Source: a bacterium
GTDB lineage: Bacteria; Patescibacteriota; Saccharimonadia; CAILAD01; GCA-016700035
Reading direction: 5' to 3'
Assembly (NCBI GenBank): GCA_016700035.1
Contig: CP064998.1
Location: 135,021-199,020, forward strand
DNA: 64,000 nt
The translations under genes were made by a program, and so were the position numbers. A model generated the notes under the pieces. It worked only from the letters and a program-made list of their open reading frames with translations. It was not told the DNA's origin and did not search any database. Each line of letters begins with the position of its first letter. Within the stretch, counting starts at the first letter, position 1. Positions 27,682-36,566 of this stretch are shown here, piece after piece.

Positions 27682-28457
27682 TTTGGGCTATTTTACTCGG
27701 TACCATTCAGGCAATTACGGAGTTTCTACCAATTTCTTCCAGTGCACATCTTTTAATATTGCCGTGGTTGTTTGGTTTTCCAACTCAAGGCTTGGCATTT
27801 GATGCAGCATTACATATCGGTACTTCTGTAGCATTGCTATTTTTCTTCTGGAAAGATTTTTGGGTGATGTTTAAAAAGCGCGATAAATTTCTGTGGCTCA
27901 TTATAATTGCTTCTGTACCTGGTGCTACCATTGGATTCTTTGGCGATAAGATTATTGAGCAATATCTACATGAAGGGAGTATGGCGGTCTTAATTGCTGC
28001 GGTTGGGATGATCTTAATGACGGGTGTTATATGGTATATCGATGCAACGGCTAAGTTAAAAAAAGACCTTTCTGCGATGGGTCGTAAGGAAGCATTTTGG
28101 GTTGGCTTAGCTCAGGCTCTGGCACTTATACCAGGTATGTCGCGATCTGGCGCAACGATTGCCGCCGGCTTGGCTGCTGGCTATACGCGCGAGGCAGCGG
28201 CTCGATTTAGTTTTTTAATCGGCACGCCCATCGCATTGGGGGCGGGTCTATATAAGGCAACGAATATTGTCCAAGCTCAGCCAAGTAATACGGAGCTATT
28301 GCAGTTGCTTGTTGGTGTTATAACAGCAGCTTTGTTGGGCTTTGTGGTGATTCGCTGGCTACTAGAGTATGTACAAAAACATAGCCTCAAAGTATTTCTA
28401 ATTTATCGTCTAATATTTGCGTCTGTCGTAATAATTGTTTGGCTGGTGCGTCAATGA
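27678..28457 (+). CDS. uppP: undecaprenyl-diphosphatase UppP/BacA
   Basis: N-terminus MIWAILLGTIQAITEFLPISSSAHL and PGMSRSGATI motifs. Confidence 0.85.
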   Translation: MIWAILLGTIQAITEFLPISSSAHLLILPWLFGFPTQGLAFDAALHIGTSVALLFFFWKDFWVMFKKRDKFLWLIIIASVPGATIGFFGDKIIEQYLHEGSMAVLIAAVGMILMTGVIWYIDATAKLKKDLSAMGRKEAFWVGLAQALALIPGMSRSGATIAAGLAAGYTREAAARFSFLIGTPIALGAGLYKATNIVQAQPSNTELLQLLVGVITAALLGFVVIRWLLEYVQKHSLKVFLIYRLIFASVVIIVWLVRQ

Positions 28458-28858
28458 GTGGGCGAATACGCGTTCATGGTGATGGTGGTTCGCGCGGTAA
28501 TCCCGGTCCAGCTGCTGCCGCCGCGGTATTACTTACGGCAAGTGGTGAGATAATTGAGAAGCGAAGTGAGTTCATGGGGGTGGCCACCAATAATCAGGCT
28601 GAGTATTTGGCAGTGGAGCTGGGTTTACGAGCCTTGCATGAGCTGGGTCATACTCAGGCCGATTTCTTCTTAGACAGTCAGCTGGTTGTGCGACAACTAA
28701 ATGGACAATATAAGGTAAAGCACCCAGATATGAAATTGGCTTTTGACCGTATTCAAAAACTAAAAAAAGGCCTAGATGTGACTTTTACACATGTATTGCG
28801 AGCAGATAATGCCATTGCTGATACGGTAGTGAATGAGTGCTTAGATGCTCATTTATAA
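28439..28858 (+). CDS. RNase H-like (RNase HI-type) protein
   Basis: RVHGDGGSRGNPGPAA motif characteristic of the RNase H domain in bifunctional RNase H proteins. Confidence 0.7.
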   Translation: MAGASMSGRIRVHGDGGSRGNPGPAAAAAVLLTASGEIIEKRSEFMGVATNNQAEYLAVELGLRALHELGHTQADFFLDSQLVVRQLNGQYKVKHPDMKLAFDRIQKLKKGLDVTFTHVLRADNAIADTVVNECLDAHL

Positions 28859-28897
28859 AATTATAGACATTTTATAAAAATCTGGTAAAATAATATT

Positions 28898-29282
28898 GCA
28901 AGTAAGCAGGTGACCGCTCCATATTTTTGGAGAGGAAAGTCCGAACAGCTTGAGTACAGGATGGTTGCTAACGGCAACCCGGGGTAACCCGAGGGAAAGT
29001 GCCACAGAGACAATACCGCCAGATGCATGTCTGGCAATGGTGAAAAGAGGGCGGTAAGAGCGCCCAGCTTGTATCGGTGACGATACAAGGAGGTAAACCC
29101 CATCCGCTGCAAGGCTTATGGATCCCGATTTTATCAAAGTGTACTCACTTTTCTCGGCTCGAGAGGGATATGTCGCATGATTGCGGGAGAACTGCAACAC
29201 TGTATTTTTTACAAGAGATAGATGGTCATCACCCTATAAGATAGGCTTATAGGGGACAGAATTCGGCTTATCGCTTGCTTGT
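28898..29282 (+). ncRNA. rnpB: RNase P RNA, bacterial type A
   Basis: conserved blocks GAGGAAAGUCCG (P4 5'), GGGAAAGUGCCACAGAGACAAUACCGCC, GGUGAAAAGAGGGCGGUAAGAGCGCCCAGC, ACAGAAUUCGGCUUAUCG (P4 3'); extended -10 TGGTAAAAT upstream; hairpin terminator 29283..29315. Confidence 0.85.
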
Positions 29283-29343
29283 CCGCAAAAGTTACTATGC
29301 TAGTAGTTTTTGCGGAAGCTTTTAACCTGATACAATAGAGGAA

Positions 29344-30756
29344 ATGCGCAAACGTAGCGAGCTATTTTTTAACCTTCTCCTAGTACCACTTGATGTATTG
29401 GCGGTGCTGGTGGGCTTTGTTGTGGCCTATATTATTCGTGTTGAGTACAGTTTAAAGCCAACGGTTTATCAGGTTCCGGGGTGGGAATATCTGTCAGCAT
29501 TAGTGGTATTAACGCCATTTATAGTGCTATTTTTTGCATTAGCTGGTCTATATCGCTATGAGTCTATGAGGAGTCGGTGGCGAGAGTACTTACAGGCTAT
29601 AATTGCTGTTTCTGCTAGTACTATGTTTCTTATTATTGTAGACTTTTTTGCAACAAAGCCGTTATTTCCATCCAAGGCGGTGGTGTTTTATGGTTTTATT
29701 TTTGCAATAGTTTTTGTTGTTGTAGAGCGATTTATCATAAATCTGTTTCAGCGTTGGCTTTTCCATTTCGGTATTGGTGTTCGTCAGGTTGTCATAGTTG
29801 GAGTGGGGCGTATTGCCGATGATGTGACCTATTCATTACAGCGTAACCCGGGTTTTCGTTTAGTAAAAACTTTAGAGCGCAAGCAAGATACACTAGCCAG
29901 ACTTGAGAAATTAACCAAGAAGAATCATATTGATGAGCTTTTTATAGCCGATAGAACACCAGCAGAGGCCGATCAGTTGGAATACATTCGATTTGCACAT
30001 AAAAATCACATTGTATACAAATTTATTCCAAGTTTGGCTGGAATATACCAAACTCGTAGTCAGCCCTCTCTTTATGCAGATTATCCTGTATTAGAGATTG
30101 TGCGTACACCACTCGATGGTTGGTGGCGAGTGTATAAAACAGTATTTGATTATTTGGGTGCTCTTTTGGGCGTGCTACTATTGAGTCCGGTATTTTTAAT
30201 TATTGCTATTATTATTAAGCTAACCGATGGTGGTAGTGTCTTTTATGGGCATAATCGGATTGGTCGGCACGGCCATGTGATTCGAGTATGGAAGTTTCGC
30301 TCGATGTATGCGCAGTATTCCACTGGTGGAGCATATAGTGGTAAGACTGATCTTGAGATTATCCGTGAGATTGGTAATGATGCTATGGTTGAAGAGTTTA
30401 AGCTCAATCAGAAATTAAAGAAAGATCCACGCGTAACACCAGTTGGGCGCTTTATTAGGGCAACTAGTATTGATGAATTGCCACAATTATTTAACGTCTT
30501 AAAGGGGGAGTTGAGCTTAATTGGTCCAAGGCCGGTTACTGAGGTAGAATTAGTGCGCTATAAAGATAAGGCGCCAACTTTTCTATTGATTAAGCCTGGT
30601 ATCACTGGTTTATGGCAGGTTTCTGGGCGCAATGATATAAGCTATGACGAGAGAGTAAAGCTGGATGTATACTATGTTGAAAACTGGAGAGCCTCCATGG
30701 ATTTACGAATTTTATTACGTACATTGGGAGTAATTTTTAAGCGTAGGGGGTACTGA
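29344..30756 (+). CDS. polyprenyl glycosylphosphotransferase (bacterial sugar transferase, WbaP/EpsB-like initiating enzyme)
   Basis: C-terminal domain LSPVFLIIAIIIKLTDGGSVFY...RVWKFRSM...DELPQLFNVLKGELSLIGPRP; 4-5 N-terminal TMs. Confidence 0.8.
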   Translation: MRKRSELFFNLLLVPLDVLAVLVGFVVAYIIRVEYSLKPTVYQVPGWEYLSALVVLTPFIVLFFALAGLYRYESMRSRWREYLQAIIAVSASTMFLIIVDFFATKPLFPSKAVVFYGFIFAIVFVVVERFIINLFQRWLFHFGIGVRQVVIVGVGRIADDVTYSLQRNPGFRLVKTLERKQDTLARLEKLTKKNHIDELFIADRTPAEADQLEYIRFAHKNHIVYKFIPSLAGIYQTRSQPSLYADYPVLEIVRTPLDGWWRVYKTVFDYLGALLGVLLLSPVFLIIAIIIKLTDGGSVFYGHNRIGRHGHVIRVWKFRSMYAQYSTGGAYSGKTDLEIIREIGNDAMVEEFKLNQKLKKDPRVTPVGRFIRATSIDELPQLFNVLKGELSLIGPRPVTEVELVRYKDKAPTFLLIKPGITGLWQVSGRNDISYDERVKLDVYYVENWRASMDLRILLRTLGVIFKRRGY

Positions 30757-30757
30757 G

Positions 30758-31906
30758 ATGACCGAGCAAGATTTATCGAAGCTAAAGGTGGCAGTTGTGC
30801 ATGACTGGCTAACAAATCTAGCGGGTGCTGAAAAAGTTGTCATCGAAATACTCAAGCTGTTTCCGCAGGCTGATATCTATACCAGCGTGTATAAGCCCAG
30901 TGCCTTCAAGCAGGTTTTTAGTGGCCACAAGGTATATACTTCATTTTTGCAGAAAGTTCCACTAGCAAAAACCAAACATCAACTTTTTCCTGTTTTGAGA
31001 CGATATGCTTTTGAATTGTTTGATTTTTCTGACTATGATCTAGTGATAAGCTCATCGACAGCCGAGGGTAAGGGTGTCATTACTAATGAGTCAACCATAC
31101 ATATTTCATACGTACATACCCCTACGCGCTACTTTTGGAGCCACTATCAGCAATACCTTAAAGATCCGGGTTTTGGTGCGCTAGATCCTATTGTGCGGTT
31201 TCAGTTAAAACGTACCATTAAAGCATCACGTCGATGGGACTATGCTGCAGCTCAACGTCCAGATAGATTATTAGCTAACTCTAAAACGGTGCAGGAAAGG
31301 ATTGAAAAATATTATAAGAGACCAGCTCAAGTGGTTTACCCCCCAGTAGATATTGAGCGGTTTGCTACAATTCAGGTGCGTCCACAAGATGTGCCAGATA
31401 AGTATTTTATTGTAGCATCACGACTAATTCCGTATAAGCGCTTCGATATTGCAGTTAAGGCCTGTGAAAAAGCTAACACTCAACTGGTTGTAGTGGGTGA
31501 TGGTAGCGAACTCGCTAAATTAAAAGACTTGGCTGGTGATAAGGTAATTTTTAAAGGGCGCGCATCAAATAGTGAATTGACAGCCTATATTCAGCATGCT
31601 GAAGCCCTCCTATTCCCTGGAGAGGAAGATTTTGGCATTGTGCCAGTAGAAGCTATGGCGGCTGGTACGCCAGTTATAGCTTATGCGGAGGGAGGAGTAA
31701 CCGAAACTATCATTCCATCTGTTACGGGGGAGTTGATTGATTCCCAGTCAGTGGGGGCGTTTGCGGAAGTTATTGGTAGCTTTGATGCACAGCAATATGA
31801 TAAAAAAGATCTCGCAAGACAGGCGGAAAAATTTAGCCAGAGAGCATTTAGGACTGGTTTTGAAGAGGTTGTACGGACAGGATTACGTGCCACGTCTACT
31901 ACATAA
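30758..31906 (+). CDS. glycosyltransferase family 1 (GT4-type)
   Basis: C-terminal EX7E-like region LFPGEEDFGIVPVEAMAAGTPVIA. Confidence 0.8.
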   Translation: MTEQDLSKLKVAVVHDWLTNLAGAEKVVIEILKLFPQADIYTSVYKPSAFKQVFSGHKVYTSFLQKVPLAKTKHQLFPVLRRYAFELFDFSDYDLVISSSTAEGKGVITNESTIHISYVHTPTRYFWSHYQQYLKDPGFGALDPIVRFQLKRTIKASRRWDYAAAQRPDRLLANSKTVQERIEKYYKRPAQVVYPPVDIERFATIQVRPQDVPDKYFIVASRLIPYKRFDIAVKACEKANTQLVVVGDGSELAKLKDLAGDKVIFKGRASNSELTAYIQHAEALLFPGEEDFGIVPVEAMAAGTPVIAYAEGGVTETIIPSVTGELIDSQSVGAFAEVIGSFDAQQYDKKDLARQAEKFSQRAFRTGFEEVVRTGLRATSTT

Positions 31907-33284
31907 AAAGACTATCCTTATATCTGTTGTAATTTTTAGTATTTTCTTGATTGTTACACAGCCTCTATACCGATTCTTGATGCCTGTCACGCAGCTTAAT
32001 GAAATAACATCAAAGCCAGCCTTTCAGGTTTATAGAGCCCTTACTGGGGGTAGTCATCCTACGCGAACATTACTAGTGTTCGCCAATAATGCAGAACAGC
32101 GTATTGGTGGAGGGTTTGTTGGTAGCGTGGGTATCTTAAATGGCGCTCACAACCGACTTCAGATTGAGTCTGTTAGGAGTATTTACTACTACGATCATAG
32201 ACTGGAGGAAAAAGGAGCATTCTTAAGTGCTCCGGAGTATTTACAGAATCTAACTGCTAAGATCTACGCCAGGGATTCACTGCTTACAACATCTAATAGT
32301 GAAAATTCTCAAAAATTTAGAGACTTATATGCTCGTGAAACAGGTGAATATATAGATAATGTAGTAATAATTACACCAAAAGTACTTTCATTACTTATAA
32401 AATATATTGGCCCAATTGATCTACCGGGCTACAACTTAACAATTACAAGCGATAACATCTTAACTACATTACAGCAAGAGGTTGAGTCGGGCCAAGATAA
32501 AGCCGACGGTAGAGATCCAAAAGCTATATTAAAAGTTCTTGCCGAACAGTTAGTTATTAGAGTCCCCAATCTTACATCTATACAGCTGACACAGCTCAGT
32601 GACGATATTATAGGGCTGATGCAGACCCAGCAGATGTATGTTTATTTGCAGGATCACTCAGTAATGGAGAAGTTATCGATGTATCAAGAGCCTATAGCTC
32701 AGGCTGGCGATCCAAATACCATCAATATAGCAGTGGCAAATCATGCCGCCAATAAGTCGTCACAAGCTATTGAGCAGGAGGTACGGGTTACTATGCATAT
32801 CTCACAAGATGGTATGGCGCGACTGAGTGCACAGATTAGTCGTATGCATACCTCTGATTATGCTGGTTATTATATTGATCCTAAAACTGGACAGGGTAAT
32901 TTCTTAATTGGCGATGATTTAAGCTGGGTTCAGTTAACGTTACCTCGAGATACTAAGATGATTACGGGGGGACCCATGAAGGCCCAGAAAGAACCAGGGG
33001 TCTTTGGTGCGGATGTTAGTACTAAGCCACTTACTACCAGCAAGGTAATTGCAGAGTTTGTTCTTCCAACACGTTATGCAATGCTTGAACAGATTACAAT
33101 TGATGAGACTTTTCTAGCCCAGTTTGGTTGGCTTGGTCAGAAAGTTCAATTTAAAGTTGAGGTTCCGGACAACTATAGGTTTATGTATGGCTCTGATGGG
33201 GTGCAAGGCAATTTTAATATGGCCAGTCGTAGTTTTTTCCAGATTGATGATGAGAAGATGCACTTTGTATTTAGTAAGCAATAA
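31887..33284 (+). CDS. hypothetical N-terminally membrane-anchored extracytoplasmic protein (last gene of glycan locus II)
   Basis: long ORF; probable GTG start at 31887 with AGGA upstream (track start 31737 overlaps the GT1 gene by 170 nt); single TM VVIFSIFLIV. Confidence 0.5.
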   Translation: MPRLLHKKTILISVVIFSIFLIVTQPLYRFLMPVTQLNEITSKPAFQVYRALTGGSHPTRTLLVFANNAEQRIGGGFVGSVGILNGAHNRLQIESVRSIYYYDHRLEEKGAFLSAPEYLQNLTAKIYARDSLLTTSNSENSQKFRDLYARETGEYIDNVVIITPKVLSLLIKYIGPIDLPGYNLTITSDNILTTLQQEVESGQDKADGRDPKAILKVLAEQLVIRVPNLTSIQLTQLSDDIIGLMQTQQMYVYLQDHSVMEKLSMYQEPIAQAGDPNTINIAVANHAANKSSQAIEQEVRVTMHISQDGMARLSAQISRMHTSDYAGYYIDPKTGQGNFLIGDDLSWVQLTLPRDTKMITGGPMKAQKEPGVFGADVSTKPLTTSKVIAEFVLPTRYAMLEQITIDETFLAQFGWLGQKVQFKVEVPDNYRFMYGSDGVQGNFNMASRSFFQIDDEKMHFVFSKQ

Positions 33285-33308
33285 CACCACGGCAGTGTGG
33301 TGTTATTG
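33280..33308. terminator. bidirectional intrinsic terminator (AATAACACCAC-ggcag-TGTGGTGTTATT)
   Basis: 11-bp perfect stem between convergent genes. Confidence 0.55.
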
Positions 33309-33327
33309 AGTAATCTTGGCTTTATGG

Positions 33328-33678
33328 CTACTTTGCTTTGGTAGTGGCACGTACTATTGCGCTAAAAGCTTGAGGTTCACGGGCAGCAATTTCTGCTAGC
33401 ATCTTGCGGTTGAGAGTAATATCAGATTTTTGAAGGCTAGCAATCAATTGAGAGTAGGTAGTACCTTCTTGGCGAGCCGCAGCATTAATTCGGGCAATCC
33501 AGAGTGATCGAAAGTCACGTTTTTTATTGCGACGATCTCGGTAGGCATAGCTTAATGATTTAAGTACAGCTTCATGCGCCTTACGATATGAAGCACGACG
33601 AGTGTGCCCCATACCCTTGGTCATCTTAAGAATCTTTTTATGTCGACGACGAGCGGTGACTGAACGTTTAACGCGCAT
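33328..33678 (-). CDS. rplT: 50S ribosomal protein L20
   Basis: [18 protein letters not shown]... signature. Confidence 0.9.
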   Translation of the reverse strand: MRVKRSVTARRRHKKILKMTKGMGHTRRASYRKAHEAVLKSLSYAYRDRRNKKRDFRSLWIARINAAARQEGTTYSQLIASLQKSDITLNRKMLAEIAAREPQAFSAIVRATTKAK

Positions 33679-33875
33679 TATTTGGCTCCCAGCATTTTTT
33701 TAATTGCTTTTACGTTAGCTGCTTCAATTGCGTGTTCCTTGGAGTACATACGCTTACGTGCGCCACTTTTAGCAATTAGCTTGTGGGTGCGGTATGCGCG
33801 ACGTCGAAGTAGATTACCTTTGGCGGTAATCTTAAAGCGCTTTGCAGCGGTCTTGCGGGTCTTAACTTTTGGCAT
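33678..33875 (-). CDS. rpmI: 50S ribosomal protein L35
   Basis: [20 protein letters not shown] signature. Confidence 0.9.
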   Translation of the reverse strand: MPKVKTRKTAAKRFKITAKGNLLRRRAYRTHKLIAKSGARKRMYSKEHAIEAANVKAIKKMLGAK

Positions 33876-34386
33876 CTTTTTTCCTTGCTAATACTGTCGA
33901 CATTTCTCGTCCGCTCAGAGCGATTTGTTGCTCAACGGTAGCTTCATCCGTAAGCTGCTCTACAAAACGTTCGAGAACACCACGACCCAGATCGGGGTGG
34001 GTGATCTCGCGGCCTCGAAAACGCAAATTGATGCGTACTTTATGACCTTGATCGAGAAACTTGCGGGCTGCCTTGACCTTAGTTTCGATATCATGCTTAT
34101 CGGTTTTAAGTCCAAGACGAACCTGCTTTATGTCGGCTTGTTTTTGATTGCGTCGACTCTTCTGCAGGTGCTTATCCTGCTCGTAACGATACTTACCCCA
34201 ATCGATGACGCGAACGACGGGTGGAGTTGACTGAGGAGCTACCTCAACTAGGTCGAGGCCCGCATTTTCGGCTTCCTGGAGGGCTTTCCCCAGAGAGACG
34301 ATTCCGAGCTGTTCGGATTCCGCACCGATCAGACGCACCTCACGGGCTGTAATCTGACGATTGATGCGGATACGCTTCTTATTAAT
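33862..34386 (-). CDS. infC: translation initiation factor IF-3, AUU start codon
   Basis: IF-3 domains; upstream in-frame extension reads [21 protein letters not shown] from ATT at 34386 (the track ORF starts at the internal GTG 34338). Confidence 0.85.
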   Translation of the reverse strand: MNKKRIRINRQITAREVRLIGAESEQLGIVSLGKALQEAENAGLDLVEVAPQSTPPVVRVIDWGKYRYEQDKHLQKSRRNQKQADIKQVRLGLKTDKHDIETKVKAARKFLDQGHKVRINLRFRGREITHPDLGRGVLERFVEQLTDEATVEQQIALSGREMSTVLARKKDAKS

Positions 34387-34443
34387 GCTTTCAGTACTCC
34401 TGTTCGTTTGTATGCATCATCATACCACTGAATAGCAGGAAAA

Positions 34444-35292
34444 TCAATATTTTAGGATGTCGTTTTTACCAGTTATCATCTTGATTGAGAATTTTGATGG
34501 CTCAATTTGGAAATTTTTGATTGGATCCACTGAAAAAACGGAGCTTGAAAAGCTATAAGGAGCTTGAGTGAGTATCTTGGTGGCATGGATATGGAATATA
34601 TCTTCACTGGCTTTCTGAATATTTTTAGTTCTCAACTGTTGTTCAAGAATATTGTCTTTGGTTTTATTAGCATTTAACACGGCTGTAGAAGAACTATATT
34701 TTTTTTCGGCTAAAACTGTTACCAGGTTCTGATCCTGATTGGTTATATCCTCGTGTACAGATATGGTGATTGCATCTACTGGAGCATCAATGCGCAGATT
34801 GCTACCTTGAGGGGTAGCTATGGTGAAGCGAGCTGGGGCACTGCTAATACCGGTATCGTTGACCAGCTTTAAAGTATGGGTGAACCATATCATGTCAGCG
34901 CATACAAAAGCTTTCTTCTCGATAATTTTACGTGCAGCAATAGCTTGCAAGGGGCGTTTAAGGCTATGCTCCATGTAGGGGGTTATGCGCCACGTTGCTG
35001 TTAGTTTTTCTGGCGGAGATATGTGGGCAAAAATTGGTATTGGTTTTTTATGTATCTGAGTAAGGCGGCATGATTCTGAGATGATTATGTCTAGCCAGTT
35101 AAAACTTCCGAGTGCGATGATGGTATCTGCTGAACTGGCTAGTATTTTCTCTAGATGTTCAGGTAGATTTGCACGATTTTGGATGGGGTGAATATCGATA
35201 TCTAATCTGGTTGAGAGGGCGATTTTCTGGAGGAGGGGGGTAAGCTTTTGATTGTTGAAGGGGAGATCTGGCTCAATAAGTAGGCTATTCAC
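34444..35292 (-). CDS. hypothetical protein
   Basis: ORF only. Confidence 0.4.
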   Translation of the reverse strand: MNSLLIEPDLPFNNQKLTPLLQKIALSTRLDIDIHPIQNRANLPEHLEKILASSADTIIALGSFNWLDIIISESCRLTQIHKKPIPIFAHISPPEKLTATWRITPYMEHSLKRPLQAIAARKIIEKKAFVCADMIWFTHTLKLVNDTGISSAPARFTIATPQGSNLRIDAPVDAITISVHEDITNQDQNLVTVLAEKKYSSSTAVLNANKTKDNILEQQLRTKNIQKASEDIFHIHATKILTQAPYSFSSSVFSVDPIKNFQIEPSKFSIKMITGKNDILKY

Positions 35293-35668
35293 TATGCTCG
35301 ATCACTTTCTTATTGAGATTTTTAATACGAGCATCTACCTGGGCGCCAGCATCAACGCTAATTCGAGGTGTAATGATTATTCCGTGAACTTTTGCAGATT
35401 TTTTTACAACAACTGTATCTTCTCCATGGATTTCACCGTCAGAGTTACCCAAGATCGTTATACTTTTGGCTTTGAGATCTCCTTGAAAGTTACCATTTTC
35501 ACTAATCTCGCAAAAGCCACCCGTTTGGATTCGACCAATAAATTCCCCATCTATTACGATATCTTCTTGCTCATTTAGTTGACCTTCGACTTTAGCTAGT
35601 GCAGAAAAGTAGAAACTAGCAGTTTGCCGATAATCAAAGGGTGATCTTTTAGTGGGCATGTGGATCAC
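35285..35668 (-). CDS. bactofilin-like cytoskeletal protein (beta-helical repeat)
   Basis: repetitive V/I-x-G pattern (ITILGNSDGEIHGEDTVVVKKSAKVHGIIITPRISVDAGAQVDARI) typical of the bactofilin/DUF583 domain. Confidence 0.55.
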   Translation of the reverse strand: MIHMPTKRSPFDYRQTASFYFSALAKVEGQLNEQEDIVIDGEFIGRIQTGGFCEISENGNFQGDLKAKSITILGNSDGEIHGEDTVVVKKSAKVHGIIITPRISVDAGAQVDARIKNLNKKVIEHSE

Positions 35669-36131
35669 GTGGGTTTTGCTTAGTGGCCTTAGTCAGGGCA
35701 GCAGATTCTTCTTCGGATAGGTTATGTGAACTATGACCTTGTTGTACCGGCTTAGCATAGACACGCGTTCCGGTCCGAGCATGAATGCTTGAGAGAATAT
35801 AGCCATTTCCCAAGCTATCAATAATTGCTAAGCAAAAGCTTTGATCTCCACCGGTGTCGTTGAAGGGATTAAAGCGTACAAAGCCCAGTCTTGTTCCGGC
35901 TTTTTCGGCTAGTATTGTAGTTTCTGTGAGGCTGGATTGAATTTGATCTATATCTTTTGCTTGTTTTTGAATTTTTTCAGCATATTGATTGAGGGCTCGC
36001 ATAATTGGCTGTGGTTGAGTGTGTGAAAAAAAAATTCCAAATTCCTTCTCTATTTTCCGTACTTTAATACCAAGCCAGATACATGCACTGGCTAGTACTA
36101 ATACGCAGATAAGTAAGATAATTTCCAACAC
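35649..36131 (-). CDS. hypothetical N-terminally membrane-anchored protein
   Basis: TM helix then globular domain; overlaps the bactofilin gene start (operon). Confidence 0.45.
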   Translation of the reverse strand: MLEIILLICVLVLASACIWLGIKVRKIEKEFGIFFSHTQPQPIMRALNQYAEKIQKQAKDIDQIQSSLTETTILAEKAGTRLGFVRFNPFNDTGGDQSFCLAIIDSLGNGYILSSIHARTGTRVYAKPVQQGHSSHNLSEEESAALTKATKQNPRDPHAH

Positions 36132-36221
36132 CTTCCCCTTTAAAAAGTTAATCTATATTATAGTCTTTCAGGTGAGAACTTGGCAAGATAAGGAGGAGGA
36201 CGTAGAATAGGGGAAGTATGA

Positions 36222-36566
36222 ATGGAGGCAGATGTGGCTCGAAAAAAACAACATCTACGATATCAGGCTAAGAAAGGTCGTTCACAATCTATTAAAAGTG
36301 AATCGACTAAGCTTAGGAAACCAGATGTTAAAAGTGATAATGATGTAGTGAATACATCAAAAAACCTAAAGAAGAAGCATGATAATAGTGTACCTGCAGA
36401 AGTAACAAAATTATCGGATACTGAGACGAAATTTATTCGGAAGGAGATTATCTACATTGGGTTTATTAGTTTAGTATTGGTGATTTTTTATGTCATAATT
36501 TTTCTAGTTTTTAAATATACTTCAATCGACGAGTGGTTAAGTAGTTTTATTCAATTGGGGCAGTGA
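36222..36566 (+). CDS. hypothetical basic protein with C-terminal TM (tail-anchored)
   Basis: ORF only. Confidence 0.35.
   Translation: MEADVARKKQHLRYQAKKGRSQSIKSESTKLRKPDVKSDNDVVNTSKNLKKKHDNSVPAEVTKLSDTETKFIRKEIIYIGFISLVLVIFYVIIFLVFKYTSIDEWLSSFIQLGQ

Noticed and set aside
28853-29200. Minus-strand ORFs of 115 and 83 aa overlapping 28861..29112
   Set aside because: They lie on top of RNase P RNA (conserved P4 and other blocks on the + strand).
31737-31886. N-terminal 50 codons of track ORF 31737..33284
   Set aside because: Overlap the GT1 gene by 170 nt in another frame; a GTG at 31887 with AGGA upstream gives a more plausible 20-nt overlap.
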